Source of the DNA: Zygnema circumcarinatum SAG 698-1b | Lineage: Eukaryota > Plantae > Zygnematophyceae | Reading direction: 5' to 3' | Assembly: GCA_037447605.1 (NCBI GenBank) | Contig: CM074805.1 | Location: forward strand, 3,257,361 to 3,321,360 | Length of the DNA: 64,000 nt | In this document: positions 51,401-63,811 of the stretch, in pieces | Position numbering within the stretch: position 1 is the first letter of the stretch | Layout of the letters: every line of letters begins with the position of its first letter | The notes under the pieces: generated by a model | Databases searched by the model: none | Told to the model about the DNA's origin: nothing | Seen by the model: only the letters and a program-made list of their open reading frames with translations | Position numbers and translations under genes: made by a program

Positions 51401-52652
51401 GCTGGCCATTTTCGCCCCGATTCATCTTCCAAGGTCATCCTCCCTTTTTCTTTTCGCCAATACTTGGGAATAAACCACAGAGGGAAAACCTGCAAGGAAA
51501 ACAAGCGCAAGCAAGAACACAGTACGCAGTAAGCAACACGAAGCACGCTGCAAGAAACGCTCGCCTCACTCCGTTCCCCGTGTGTTGCAAACCACCCACG
51601 TGTCACTAAGCTGTAGCTGCAAGTACACTACATAAAACATAAAGGAGTTCGAAAAGGGACTACAAAAAAGCAAAACATTGGGTTGTGCCTTGCGGAAGTG
51701 AGCTGTTTCCATGGCTAGATTCATCCTAGCAAATCGAGTCAAGCTAGGAAATTACGAGCAAAAGCACACAGTCCTTATCTGTGTAACATTCGTCCCCCTT
51801 CCTATTTTGAAATGGCTCATCTAGCACAAACCATTGTTCAGTTGATCTACTCTTCATGGAAAAAAGTTGGTCATGAAGTTTAAAAGAGCTTGCACCTCCA
51901 CCTAGGGAGAAATGTTTCACGGGCTGATGCGTACATAAAGAGCTTAACAGCTTCGAGTTTTTGCACGCATGAATTGTGTGTTTGACATCACGAAATGAAA
52001 ATATTATACAGAATACTTGCACATGTATGTGAGTGAAGTACATGCAAGGAGTACAATTGTTACGATGTGAACAGCTATACTACACTATTGAAGAAAATAT
52101 GTAATTCTGATAATCCTCGTTATTTTTTGATAAGTTTCCTTATAACAGTTAAACAGTTAAGTTGCAGAAGATGGTCAAATGTGACAGTGTGGATAGATGG
52201 GTAAAAATGGGTAAATGCCAACCTTTCAGTTAAAATTAGAAAGCACGATTAAAGAATGGAAGGTCAGACATAGATGAGCTCAATTTCGTTCAAGAATGTT
52301 AACTTAGACATGCTGGATGAAAAATGTGTGGCACGACCAAGTGGACAGTGCTCGGTAATGCTCAAGGTAGGAGTGACAGGGAGCCATCCTGAACAGGGTC
52401 TATAGGTAGTTACATTGTACTAATGTGAAACAAGAGCAACACTCATTCGGGTGTCGAATTGGACGGAGTAGTAGGAGTGTCTCTTACCACGGGGACTTGA
52501 GGTCGATGGAGAAGCGACGTCCTTGGAATTGTCCTAGCAAGAGAGGGGTATTCCGTCTTCACGCCTTTAAGAACTTCAGCAATATACCTTTTGTCATCAA
52601 TTTTCTTAGCACAAATGTACGGCTCAAAGGTGCTGCCTTGGTCTTCCTCCAT
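45428..52652 (-). CDS. Gene B: ~1,500-aa protein with three B3 domains, a zf-C3Hc3H finger and a C-terminal AP2-like domain
   Basis: Phase-consistent exons: 52652-52488, 51489-51178, 50898-50320, 49709-48316, 47912-47636, 47421-46823, 46682-45766, 45681-45428. B3 cores: LEDESGRKW...QGWNEFAQAHKIEQGEVLLFE; LEDDAGKRW...RGWLDFAMAKGLLAGDVLLFE; VEDERGRKW...SGWHAFAKANEVVTGTVLLIE. Finger FCIRHILEDAFSPYYRC...CSMPV...PR|YCLLH. AP2 YVGIRR...GKFVAEI...LGSFPTAMAAAKVYDCAA...AKTNF. The 3' end is less certain. Confidence 0.85.
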
Positions 52653-53039
52653 GCAGCCTATTATCTGCGGAGAAGTTCAGCTTAAATGGGATTTGAAACA
52701 AAGGAATGCACTCCCAGTCCTACAACTCTGACAGAGGAAGTAACATGCCTCATTAATATAGCAGCTGCAGCACACTACACTTGACCAAGTAATGACAGAC
52801 TCAAAACAGCAAATTTCCCCTCGAACTTAAGGTGCTTTCCACTCTACTGGAATTGAAAGGACCAGTCTGCTTAACCTAAGCAGGCCCTTTACTCCCTCTG
52901 CCACATTTTGCGACATCTTTCACCAAACAACCACGACTGCGAGACTCCCTTCCGATATGTACGCACGGGTACTGGAAAGCACTACTGCACTTGAAATCAC
53001 TGGAAAGCACTCCTGCACTCGCTATTCCTCCTCTTCGTC

Positions 53040-53420
53040 TCGTGGCGGGAAGAGCTGGAGAGGCCCCGAGAGAGCAGGAAGGAGAGGGAGAGGGAGAACG
53101 CGGGAGGGCGAGGGAGAGCGGCAGGCCCGGGCCGGGGCCGGGGCGGTGGCGCGCAGGAGGGCACGCCCCCGCCCCCGTTCACACGGAGGCGACGGAGCGG
53201 GAACCGGCGACCATGGGATGGATGGATGGATGGATGCCATGGGATGGGATTGGCTGTGAGGGACCGGAGGGAGGGATGTGCCGTGTGACCATGTCGCCAT
53301 GTCCATGCGCTTCTCGTCGAGGCCATGAGGCCATGGGCATGAGGCCGATGGTTTGTTTGGTTTGCAGTGCGGGCGGTACTGTGTACTGTGCTCTTGGTTG
53401 GCGAGGCGGCAAAGTACGAA
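53040..53420 (-). promoter_or_regulatory. GC island with CATG/(GGAT)n cluster, putative promoter of gene B
   Basis: GC-rich; ccatgg(gatg)n and repeated CATG at 53211-53345; lies upstream of the first B3 exon. Confidence 0.5.
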
Positions 53421-54202
53421 GGGCAGTCAGCAGTCGCCAGCCACCTTGGGTTGGACGTTGGAGACACATGCTATAGCTTTCAGTGACGGAGACTGTGCAA
53501 GCGACTGTTCAAAGGTGCCGCTGCTCATGCAAACGTTGTCTTTGTCGCCCTGTTTTTAAATTCGGCTTAGCGTCACCTGACCACACTAACAGCTCATTCA
53601 AGGCTTTCCATGATACAAGCTCTTGCCCTCTCCAATTCCCATGCCGAAATTAGCCCTTATCATGATGCAACGGGGGAATTGCAGGTAGTAAAAGCTACAG
53701 CCGTATCCCAGGCCACACATTAGCCCACTTCAAAAAGCAGTCAAACCAAAAACCCACTATGTTCTGAAAATCCCCATCACAGACTGAACTGTTCCATGTC
53801 GTACGTGACAAACTGAATCACTTCCCAATAATTTGCAACTTCACTTTCTGGATATGAAAGTTCCACTCCTACTTGAAATAGAAACCTTCTTAAGTAGCCA
53901 AAAGAATAGTCGCAAGCCCGGCTTTCTTATGGCAGCTGCAAAATTCCTTTTTGAATGCTTTAGCACAATCTATTCAAGTGTCAAGTACTCCAGCTTCAGG
54001 CTCCTAGCGTCCTCCCTAACGTAGATCCTAGACATGTCGTCATACCTGCAACAATGCGCTGCAGACTCAATACCTTACGGGCATTGCTGCTGATAGTCTT
54101 TGTCACATAGACGGAAAGGTCCCCTGTTCTCCTGCTTCATCATCATGACCCGCCAAAGCTCCTCCAACCAAACCCGTTGTATGTTTACACTACCAAGTAG
54201 CT

Positions 54203-55837
54203 CTAACGGACTTTCTTAATGGATGAAGTCTTTTCGCTCTCTCTCATCCGGTCGTCAATGAAATCCAGTTTTGGCGGTGTGAGAGATGCAGCAATTCTGT
54301 TTGGTGGAAAGGGTGCCAAGTCAGGCACCTTTGCCGCCTCTCTCAATTTGCCAGCTGGTAGTGCCTCAATAGCTGCCAGTTTTAATTTCAGCCTCGTCGA
54401 TTCACTTGCTGCTTGCATCCGGTGCTGTTTCATCTTGAGTCGAGAGTACTCCTTAGCTCGTTCTTTATCCCCCGCAGCTTCCTCAGGAGTGCGCTCCAAG
54501 GTCTGTATGGGCGATGGCTTAAATGCCATCTCAATTATCTTGGCTCCCTTCTCTCGTGTATCGACCGCGACTCCCTTCTTCCCTTTGCCCCCCTTTGAAC
54601 CGTCCTTCCCTGATCCCTTCTTTGCAGTCACAGAAGCAGCACTGGCTAGTCCTGCAACTTGCACTTGCGGCCAGACATTGCTCTGGCAAGCGATGGCTGG
54701 ATACCGCCCCAGCGCCTGCCATAGTATCAACCTGCGCAATGCGCCCTGCAGACAGAAGCAAAATTGGACACGACAATGTAACGAGAATCTCCAAAGAAAT
54801 AAAACTCCCCCTTGCCATATTGCTTTTAAAGTCGTTTGGGAATTGGAAAAAGACAATCCAAGACACGCTATCAGCAAGCTCGAGAGACTAAGAGTTTAGG
54901 CGAAGTATAATCTGGGAGATCGTGTTTTCCCACTGCTGAATTGTTCACGATTGTCATTCCGATACACCAAATCAGCTTCCGTCAGAACACATAATGCCAC
55001 GATCGACACTATTATGAACAGCTGGGTACTGTCAACATTCCAGGCCCTTGTTCAGGGCTGGTAATTGCTTGCAAAAATAGAGGCGGGACATGAAGTAAAG
55101 CAAAAAGAAGCAAGAACGAGTATGCATTTCGCTCACAAAGACCATTCAAAAGCTTCGCCTACCATTCCAGTGCGCTCGGCACAATAACATGCCAAAAGAC
55201 AGTATGATAATACAGTGCGGTAAGACAGTATGGTAAACTGTATACTGACACCGTTTCTTTGCTTTTACGCGGCTCTTACATTCCCTCTAGATGCTACAAG
55301 AAGCTCAGCAATTCTCAATGAAAATTTATTTTGTTATTGCAGACCTTATAGATAACTCCCTAAATTCAGCTGCTCAGCAGCAGAACGAGGTAACTCGCAT
55401 CATCAACCCATTCAGACACACTCCAAATAAAGCACAAGATGATATCACCACTAGTCAACACGCTTCGTCAACTGCTGGCAGCTTCTACAAGCGTTTCTAC
55501 ACCTTCAACCCAAAAAAAGAGAGAAGAATAAGCAGCCTCACCCCCCAAACCGGCTTTCTTCTCTCTCTCTCACACTCTCGCTCTCCGTCTCCCTAATTCC
55601 ACCAAACCACAAACCCGTCTCTCTCTCTCGCTTCCCTCCCTCACTTCTCTTCCCTCTTTATCTGATTCCACCAACCACAAACCTCCCCCATTCCAGATCA
55701 TTCCCTCTTTTTCCAACATTCTTTGCCCAATCCCTCTCTCGCGCTCTCTCTCTCACCCCTCCTCTTCCTCCCTCATTTCCTCCTTCCAGCCCCTAATTTC
55801 TGACTGCTAGAAGAGCTCAATAGCCTACCGTCCGCAT
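54203..55837 (-). CDS. MRPL40: Mitochondrial ribosomal protein mL40 (183 aa)
   Basis: Exon 1 55837-55829 (MRT, donor GTAGGC), exon 2 54745-54203. Motif KEYSRLKMKQHRMQAASESTRLKLKLAAIEALP...AAKVPDLAPFPPNR..SLTPP matches plant mL40 from memory; Arg-rich N-terminal presequence. Confidence 0.85.
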
Positions 55838-55861
55838 GGCTGCCGTCGCAGAATCACAGAC

Positions 55862-56020
55862 TCAGTAGAGCCACCGCTCCCGCACAGCGAGGGCGAGCAG
55901 CGCCACCACGAGACCGAAGAAGAGAGCGACAGTGGTGTGCACGAACGTCTGGTCGTTGGCTGTCACGCAAATGGCCACGGAAACCACTCCCAGCAGGATG
56001 GCCACAGCGTTGGGATGCAT
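55862..56020 (-). CDS. 52-aa two-TM small ORF immediately upstream of mL40 (candidate uORF-encoded microprotein)
   Basis: MHPNAVAILLGVVSVAICVTANDQTFVHTTVALFFGLVVALLALAVRERWLY*. GCCATG start context and mostly G/C-ending codons; the stop lies 24 nt before the mL40 ATG. Confidence 0.55.
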   Translation of the reverse strand: MHPNAVAILLGVVSVAICVTANDQTFVHTTVALFFGLVVALLALAVRERWLY

Positions 56021-56173
56021 GGCGGGCCTTCCGCGGAGCAGAAGGGAGCGGTTGCGGCTGGTTGACCAGGGGAGTGTAGGGGAGGGGAGGGGAAGTGGAG
56101 GGGCAGGAAGGGCGGAAAGGTTGTTGAAAAGGGCGGGCGGAGCGGAAAGTGAGTGGAGAGAGAGTGGGACGAC

Positions 56174-59100
56174 ATGGCTGTGGGAGGGAGAGCTGCTTTG
56201 CTGCTGACGCATGGCCAGCGGAGGATGGCTCCCTGCGCTTGGAGGGGAGCCATGGCTGCTTTCAGACAGGAGGGCGGTTGCAAACATTCTGGGGGAGAGG
56301 AGATTTTCTCAGGATTGCAAGGCAGGGTGGGGGTTAACATAAGGAGCGAAAAGGAGGGAGCATGGCTTGTCAGAAGCTTTTTCTGCTCATCTCGTTCTGG
56401 TTCTTTGGTAATGTCGCTGCTTACATGTCTCTTTCCGTGTGAGTTCATGCGAAGGCAGTCGTAACAGTTACATTTCTGAAGGACTTCAGGGCTCGAGACA
56501 GTTTTCCCTGGGCTATGCAGGATTGGTTCTCAGCCCTGCGCATCGCTCATCCAGGTTTATCGCCACCGTTTTTGGTGCCTGCGGCATGCTCTTGTGGATG
56601 GAAACTTTTGCACTAGCTAAGGCACCAGCAAGAAGTGCTGAATGCCGTGCGCTTTGTCTTCGGCAGGCGACAAGTGGAATTTTGTTCCCTGCTACTTCTC
56701 GAAGAAGTTACAGTCAAGGTGGCGGAGGGCTAAACCAAGGAGGTGTATATGAGCTCAAACTTGCACAGACTGGAGAAGGAATTGCAGAATGCGAGCTTGT
56801 TCGCTGGTTTATTCAAGAGGTAGGATTAACTTTTCATGGACAAACTATTCTTGGTAGTTTTCAGCTACTTCAGATTTTCTAAATGCACAGAATGCTGCCA
56901 TCAACTAATCCTTTCCTCCCGAACAGCGTTACTTCAAGTTAACTATTCTGTCATCGAAAGTTTCAAACAAGTGCCTCAAATCAGGAAAAGCTCTTGTAGT
57001 TTGGTCGCATTAAGCATTTGCTTTTACTCCAATCCTTTACGGACCTCGCTTTTTGCATTCAATGCTTGAATCCAGTCACACTTTCTCCACCTGCCTGGGA
57101 CCTGCTTGGAGCATGATCCTCCAACATCCCGTGATTTGATGACTTGAGAACTGCGTGAACCAGTTTTCACTTCTAAACTTAATCACAAACAGAATAAAGG
57201 CTTCTCCAAGTATTTATTTGGAAAACTTGTGGGTATGCTCGAATGTATCTCTTTCTTACTTCAGTATGCTTTGCTCGGCTTTCATCGTTGGAATCGATCC
57301 AACAACTTAACTCTTTCATGAAGGAAAAGGTACTGCAAATTTTACGTCAATATTTTGATTGCAGGCTAAGTCATTGTTTGTCTTATGCAGGGTGAGGTGG
57401 TGGAAGCCTTCCAGCCTGTATGTGAAGTGCAGAGTGATAAGGCATCTGTGGAGATCACCTCTCGATACAGCGGGAAGATCGTCCGGGTTCACTTTACCTC
57501 AGGAGACATTGTCAAGGTAAGGACGAGATCCGTTCATGGCTGTCTCTTATGCGATTGGAAAGCTGAAGTTTTTTGAAGCGTTTTGGTTGCATGTCGAGCT
57601 GTTCAGTCTGGAACCCTAGTCCAATGGTTCTGTGAAGTCTGTCGATGCAAGATTTCGATTCGAAGTCTCTCATGTTGCTCGTGGAGAGTCCAGGTTGTTT
57701 AATCAACTCAAACGGCAGATTTTTCAGAATGTGCTCATGGCACGTCTTTTTAAGTAGCTTAAAAGGTGGTGATAGTGTGGTGACTATGCAAATTTATGAG
57801 CATTAATGCACACGAAGAGACAGAGAAAGAGCGATGAAGTCTACAACCTGATCTTGGTTACTTTTTTGTGGCTGAAAGGGCCCTGGATGCTTTGCAGGTC
57901 GGTGAGACTCTCTGCGATGTATTGCCCACTGGAGCCACTCCTGCAGCGTCCTCTCCCCTCCCTTCTCCACAATCTGCTCATGGTAGTTTCACCTCCGAGG
58001 ATATTTCCAAAGGAGGAACTTTGGCGGACATGACTCCATCACCTGACGGCAATGTCTCCGCGACTCCAGCTGTCAGGCATTTGGCTAAAACTTTGGGGAT
58101 CGGTCTATCCAAAATAGATGGATCAGGGAAGAGTGGAAGAATACTGAAAGACGATGTCTTGCGGGCTGCATCTGAAAGGCAGGGAACAGAGGAGGAGGCG
58201 CGTATGGAGGAGAGCGTATTCGAAGGACGAGCGAAAGAAGAGGCACAAGGGAAGGCAGTAGCTCATGGCATGGAGGAAGCTCGCTTGGTAGAGAGTGTAG
58301 AAGAAGAAGGCATAGAAGGGAAGCCTCAAGAGATTCTTGGAAAAAAGGAGCTTCAGCAAGGAGATCAAGTTATTCTGATCAGGTTCGTAGCTGTGCAATC
58401 TCATGCACACACCTGCTGTTGAGACGAGAGGAGTGATGGAGCCAAAGGAAAAAGTGAGTGAATGTAGTTGTCGTGAGATACAGATCGAACGTGATGAAAA
58501 AGGGAAAACTGAGATGATCACGTGCTATGACAGAGTTTATGCAGTGAGTTGTTCTCTTTGGTTCTCACTTCTCTCCCTTCACGAGCAGCGAATTGTAGTG
58601 GGAAAACTGCACCATCTGACAAAGGCTGCATTACTAATTAACTCCTTTTCTCTGCCTCGTTCTGTTTCTGTGGGTTCCAGAGGGTACAGAAGAGTCATGG
58701 CCAAGACTATGGCTGATGTCGCAAAGGTGCCCCACTTCAACTTCATGGAGGAAGTGGAGATGAACCGTCTGATAGAGCTCAGAGAGGCTTTCAAGAGGGA
58801 GGGGCAGGCGGAGGGCGTGCAGCTCACTTTCTTGCCATTCATGGTGAAGGCTCTCAGCCAGGCGCTGCTCAAGTTCCCATTGCTCAACAGCACTGTCAAC
58901 GAGAATGTCACAGAAATTCACTGCAAAGGTGCGTATCACTTTTTCTGAATATTCTTCAAAAGAGTAACCTGGGGGAGGGTAGGTTGGCCACCATACAGCT
59001 TATGAACTTTTGTCATACCCAAACAATGCGCACAATACTGCAGGCCGAGCTTTGTTGCAGGCGGTAGTACGTTCGGTATCGAAAGATTACAACCGCTTAC

Positions 59101-60321
59101 CCAATATTTTTTTCATTGAGTCTTAGCAAATTACTGTCGTTGTTATCTCCTCTTACAGAACGGTGGGCTTTGACGGTGGGCGTGTATCTTGCAGCTTCGC
59201 ATAATATAGGGATAGCTATGGCTACAGATGGAGGACTTGTTGTGCCAAACATAAAGAACTGCCAAGACCGATCGATTCTTGAGGTTAGATTCGTCTCTTG
59301 TGTCTTATCTCTCTCACTCACAGGAGGCAGTAATGAGAGTGCGGATGTCCGATTTCTGGAGCTTTTTTCCTTAAGATAACTCCGCATGACAAGTAGGAGT
59401 TAAGGACCTGTACAGTCTGAAATTCGTCTGGCTAAGTGGCCTTTCCAGAGCTTATGTCTTGACCAATGGAAGTGGTGGTATGAACCATTTTTATCTTCTT
59501 CTTTTATTTTTTACCTTTGACAACTCGCAGATAGATGGAGGGAAGTGACACAGGAATGGAAGCAGAGCCACTTTACAAGACAAAGCTTATTTCTTAGTCG
59601 GCTTTGATGGCTGTTGAGATGTTATCTTTGTAATAATCACGTAGTTTCTAGGTCTTGCCTTAGGCCTCTTTCTCTGGTCATTCAAGTGATTTATGGGGCC
59701 TGCAAGCAAGAGTACTTTCAGTCATGCTAGGGCATCTTGAGACTTGATAACTCAATTTTCTTAATTCTTACTTCACACAAGTGCGTTATCTTGCAGATTG
59801 CCATAGAGCTTGCCCGACTGCGCCTTCATGCAGCCAATAACAAGCTTTCTAGGGAAGATGTGACGGGAGGGACCATTACTATATCAAATGTTGGGACCAT
59901 TGGCGGCACCTACGCTACCCCCCTCCTAAATGCTCCAGAAGTGGCCATTGTGGCCCTTGGCAGAATTCAGAAGCTGCCGCGGTTTGACGAGGAAGGAGCC
60001 CTTCGCGCCGCCTCCGTCATGCAGGTATGGGGTCATGCTAAAGTCGTGCAGAATCTGCAAAGAGATGCGGGTTTTGACGGAAGACACAAAAGCCTGCTTC
60101 TGTCTGCCTGCCGGCGTGCCCCCACTTTCGTAATAATCAGCGCATCCTGCTCGGCATTGTCCGATTGATTTAGGAGGCGTTTTGTGCCACCTTTTTTTTT
60201 TTGGCAGGTGAGCTGGTCAGCAGATCATCGGATTATTGATGGCGCCACCCTTGCCAGCTTCTGCTGTGAATGGAAGGCCCACTTAGAGAAGCCGGACCGC
60301 CTGCTGTTGCGCCTCAAGTAG
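56174..60321 (+). CDS. BCE2: Branched-chain alpha-keto acid dehydrogenase E2 (dihydrolipoamide branched-chain transacylase), mitochondrial
   Basis: Exons 56174-56326, 56490-56819, 57391-57516, 57898-58382, 58681-58928, 59195-59283, 59797-60024, 60208-60321. Lipoyl LAQTGEGI...[14 protein letters not shown]3-binding [10 protein letters not shown]...[12 protein letters not shown], catalytic [12 protein letters not shown]. Confidence 0.95.
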
Positions 60322-60769
60322 GGGAAGCGTTCTGATGGGAAGTTATGGCCACTCTGCGGCTTCCAGAGTTTCTTGCATCCTCCTAGTCAGACGTGGTTTG
60401 TAAATAGAAAGTATTGCAGCACATTTCCTTATTCGGTGTACAGCTGTGAAGCGGCGCGTGATGTCGATAGAGAGCGAAGGCAGGCAGGCAAACAGGCAGA
60501 CATGCATGCTCGTCCTTAGGCTCAGCCGATGCTGGCGGTGCGCCCACAGCAGGCCGCAGCAGGCTGTGCGTGCGCCCGCTCTGCGCGCGGCGGTTTTGGC
60601 GGACCGCATGTACGGACAGCCTTGCGGTGTGCGCCTGCCTTCTGTGTACCGCACAGTGAATCCATCCCTTCATGCTCGCAGCTTTCGCGCCATCAATTCA
60701 TCCATCCACGCATCCAGCCATCCATCCGCCCAGTCATGTTGGTGCCGGCCGCCTTCGCAGGACGAGGCC

Positions 60770-61981
60770 TCCCGATACGGTACCGATACTGCGCTGTATC
60801 GTACGTACGGTAGGGAGTCCGCTTTCCCGTCCGTCCGTTCTGTCCGTCCGGCACGAGTTGCCGTCCGGCACGAGTTGCCGTCCGGCCCACCCCCGCCCTC
60901 CCCCTTAACCGTTGCCCTGCGCGGGCGGTCTGTCTGGCGGCGCGGCGGGCGCGGACCACGCGCGCGGATCACGGAAGGCGCCCGGAACGAGTGTGCGGCC
61001 GCCGCGTGGCGCCCGGACGGGGGCGGGCCGCGCCCCGCCGACGAGGAGCTGCCGCGTGGCTGGCGGGGCGGGGCGCGGTCCTGCGGTCCTGCGGGCGGGC
61101 GGGCGGTGTCAGGGCAGGCCCGGGCGGGGGGGGCTCGCGGGCAGGTCTGTAAAACCGAATATATATTATCGACCGGTGGCCGAAGGCCGGGCTTGCACAG
61201 GAACCTTTCTGTCTGTGCGCGAACGAGCTGTTCGGTGGGTGGGTGACACATGAGAACCCAAAGGGCTCGAATGATGGCCCCTTCCCGCCTGCCTTCTTTC
61301 GCTTCACATTTGGTTCTCCATGTACATTGTTCGATCCATCGTGCGACCAACGCCATTCGAGGAGCAGAGCATCGCCCAGCTGGTGCCCGCCCGCCCGCCT
61401 GCGCGCATGAATCGCGGCTCGATCCCGGCCCGAGCCGATTTTCCTGCTAGCTCGCTCGCACGAGCACCGTCAATGCGGCCTTTGGCCCGCGGGCGGGTGT
61501 CCGCCTGTAAAATTTCCGGGCAGACGGCACGAGAAGATGAAAACTTTCCGCCCAGCCCGGCGAGCGTAAACATTTCTGCCCGCGCGCCCTCCCCCCGTCC
61601 GCGGGCAGCGCGCCAAACCCGCCGTCCCCTGCGCGTCCGTCCAAACGGGCCGCCTCCAACTTTCAAAATTTGAACTCGCAAGTTTGCTCACGCGAAAACA
61701 CCGTACGGGCGCGGCCGGCTCTGACAGGCGAGCGCGGCGTGCCACCTGGCGGCGGAAGCGGTACCGCGCGGCGGCCCCGGGCAGGGCAGGACAGGACAGG
61801 GCCTGCCAGGAGGCCGCCGTGTGGCGCTGGACAGGCCCCCCGCCCGCCTGCAACGGCTCTCCGCGCCTGACTGCCAGTCCGGGGGCGTATATTAAGGCGA
61901 GGGGAGGGAACAGGCGATTGCAGACGGAGTGGGAGGCGGCAGGGCAGGGCGGGTGCAGCAGCTGCTTGCAGGGACTGAGGT
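60770..61981 (+). promoter_or_regulatory. GC island, TATA-like box and non-coding first exon of the SPARK-domain gene
   Basis: CGATAC/TATCG cluster at 60773-60801, 17-bp direct repeat at 60844-60886, TATATTAA at 61888-61895, donor GAG|GTAGGT at 61980. Confidence 0.5.
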
Positions 61982-62690
61982 AGGTGTGTCGCTGCTTGTT
62001 TCCTCGCAGGAGCTCTCTTGATCAGCACGATGAGGGGTGTGTTTGGTCAAGGGCGAAGGCTGATTCTTTTCAAAGCGCTGAGAAAGATTAAGAGAGGAGT
62101 GTGGGCTGGCAACTGCTTTTGACGCTTTCGTTGCAGCTTGTTTTTGGCTCGCTCATAATTCTGACATCTGGGAAACTGTGTGTATCAGGTGGTGCTGTTT
62201 GCATTTCCGTGAGGCTGTTGCTTCATGCTGTGACCTCTACGTTGCAATATGGCGACTGTCGGTCGTTCCGTCTTGATATGGTGCGAATCGTAATTCCCCG
62301 CAGCCACGGTGCTTCAGTTCAGTGTTTGTCTGGTTTTATCGCTGGTTGCCTTGCTCGTGTAGCACACTAACGAGAAGGTGGTCATCAGTTCTGTATGGTC
62401 AGTTTTTTTAGCAGGTCGTTTCTTTCCTGTTATGGGCTACAACATAGTAATAAATGTTCCATTTTTAGCTGTAACAGCCGAAGCTAGTTCAGGAGCTGAT
62501 ACCTTTGTATTTTCTTTTGTTAATCATCGCCTAATTGAAATCAATCAAGAAATGTGCAGTAGCTGATTATGAAGGTATTGTTCAGAACCATGATGATAAG
62601 ACTATTCTTTTTGCAAGCCGAGTCGCTTTTATCTCTGCATTTACGTTGTGTTAAACGTTAGTGCTGACTTCTTTGTCCCGGTGTGTGCAG

Positions 62691-63811
62691 TATTTTCGCC
62701 ATTTACTGCTTCTGTGGCCTGCACTCTGCCACCGCGCAAGACGAAGAAACTAGCCAGTGCAATCTAGTTGATAGCATCGACCTCCTCACTGGTAACTTAG
62801 TGAAGAATTTGCTCACATCCCACTTTTCGATGAATTTCCGGTTGGAATGTGTGGAAGTTTACAATGGTTACGAAAATTAACAAATAGCCTTGATTTTTGC
62901 TGCAGGTTTACTTCGCTGCCAGGGGGCCAGTCCAAACCAATCAGACTGTTGTGCTGATGCTACGGCTGTTGAGAATGCCATTGCCCTAAAAAATCCTCAA
63001 GCTTATTTGGCTACGCTTACTGTTCAAACTCTCAACCAGGCCTGTCGAGAGGTATGCTCCTGCTTCCTGTCATATATCGTACCGAAGCTTACAGCGTGAT
63101 GAAGATTGCATGCTGACTTGGGCATCTTGGCTTTTTCTGGCATTTTGTATGTCCTTTTTTGGCTCATGTTGCTCGGCTTTTTCAAATTTTGCAGGATTAC
63201 AATCAAACCCTCAGAGGCAGTGGAGTGAAAGTGGATCTGTTCAAGTTTTGCCCAGATGCAAAGTTACTCCAATACCTCAGTGTGGCCAGCTTCGAAGCGT
63301 GCCCTGTTACGCAAATTCAAGACGTTATTCCATTGTAAGAATGATGTTCCCTAACAGTTCAGTTAACACGCACGCTGTGTAGTATCAGAGTGAAAATTAG
63401 CAGTACTTGTTTGATATGTAGACAATAGCATGCTTATTGTACTGAGCACCTGCTCTGTATAGTGGCTTCTGTTGAAACTATCTTTGTTATGAGAGAAGCG
63501 TTTTCCTGTTCATGTTTTAAGTCAAATTCCTCCTCTGGTCACTCCTCTATTCCTCCTCTGGTCTGCTGTATACTTTCGATCGCCTAGCTTCTTATGTTTC
63601 ACAGGCCGTCCCCTGATTCAAATGTCTGTTCTGTGAATGCAGGGTGAATTTAACAGCTGTAGCAGAAAATTGCAGCGTTTCGGATCAAGCTTGTACCACT
63701 TGCTTGCCCTCCGTCAACCAGGCATCAACCATACTTGCTCAAGGAGATACAACTCCAGAAGTTGTACAAGCGTGCCAATCCATTGCCATTTTCTTTCTAT
63801 ATCAGCAGCAG
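62691..63811 (+). CDS. Secreted or receptor protein with a SPARK-type Cys-rich ectodomain (RKF3-like RLK or GPI protein); partial
   Basis: Exons 62691-62791, 62906-63051, 63195-63334, 63643-63811 are in phase. A signal-peptide-like end (...HSATAQ) is followed by a C-C-CC-C-C-C-C-CxxC-C pattern like SPARK ectodomains. The start codon is unresolved and the gene continues past the window. Confidence 0.65.

Noticed and set aside
53960-54200. Coding-looking segment downstream of mL40 on the minus strand (YDDMSRIYVREDARSLKLEYLTLE)
   Set aside because: Interrupted by a stop, and joining it needs an implausible 28-nt intron; treated as 3' UTR.
55291-55596. ORF with an IADLIDNS motif resembling a GHKL/MORC N-box
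   Set aside because: Antisense within the mL40 intron, with no other GHKL motifs or supporting exons; likely chance.
62590-62668. C/D-box snoRNA candidate (ATGATGA ... CTGA)
   Set aside because: Weak terminal stem, no clear C'/D' boxes and no recognisable rRNA antisense element; snoscan would be needed.
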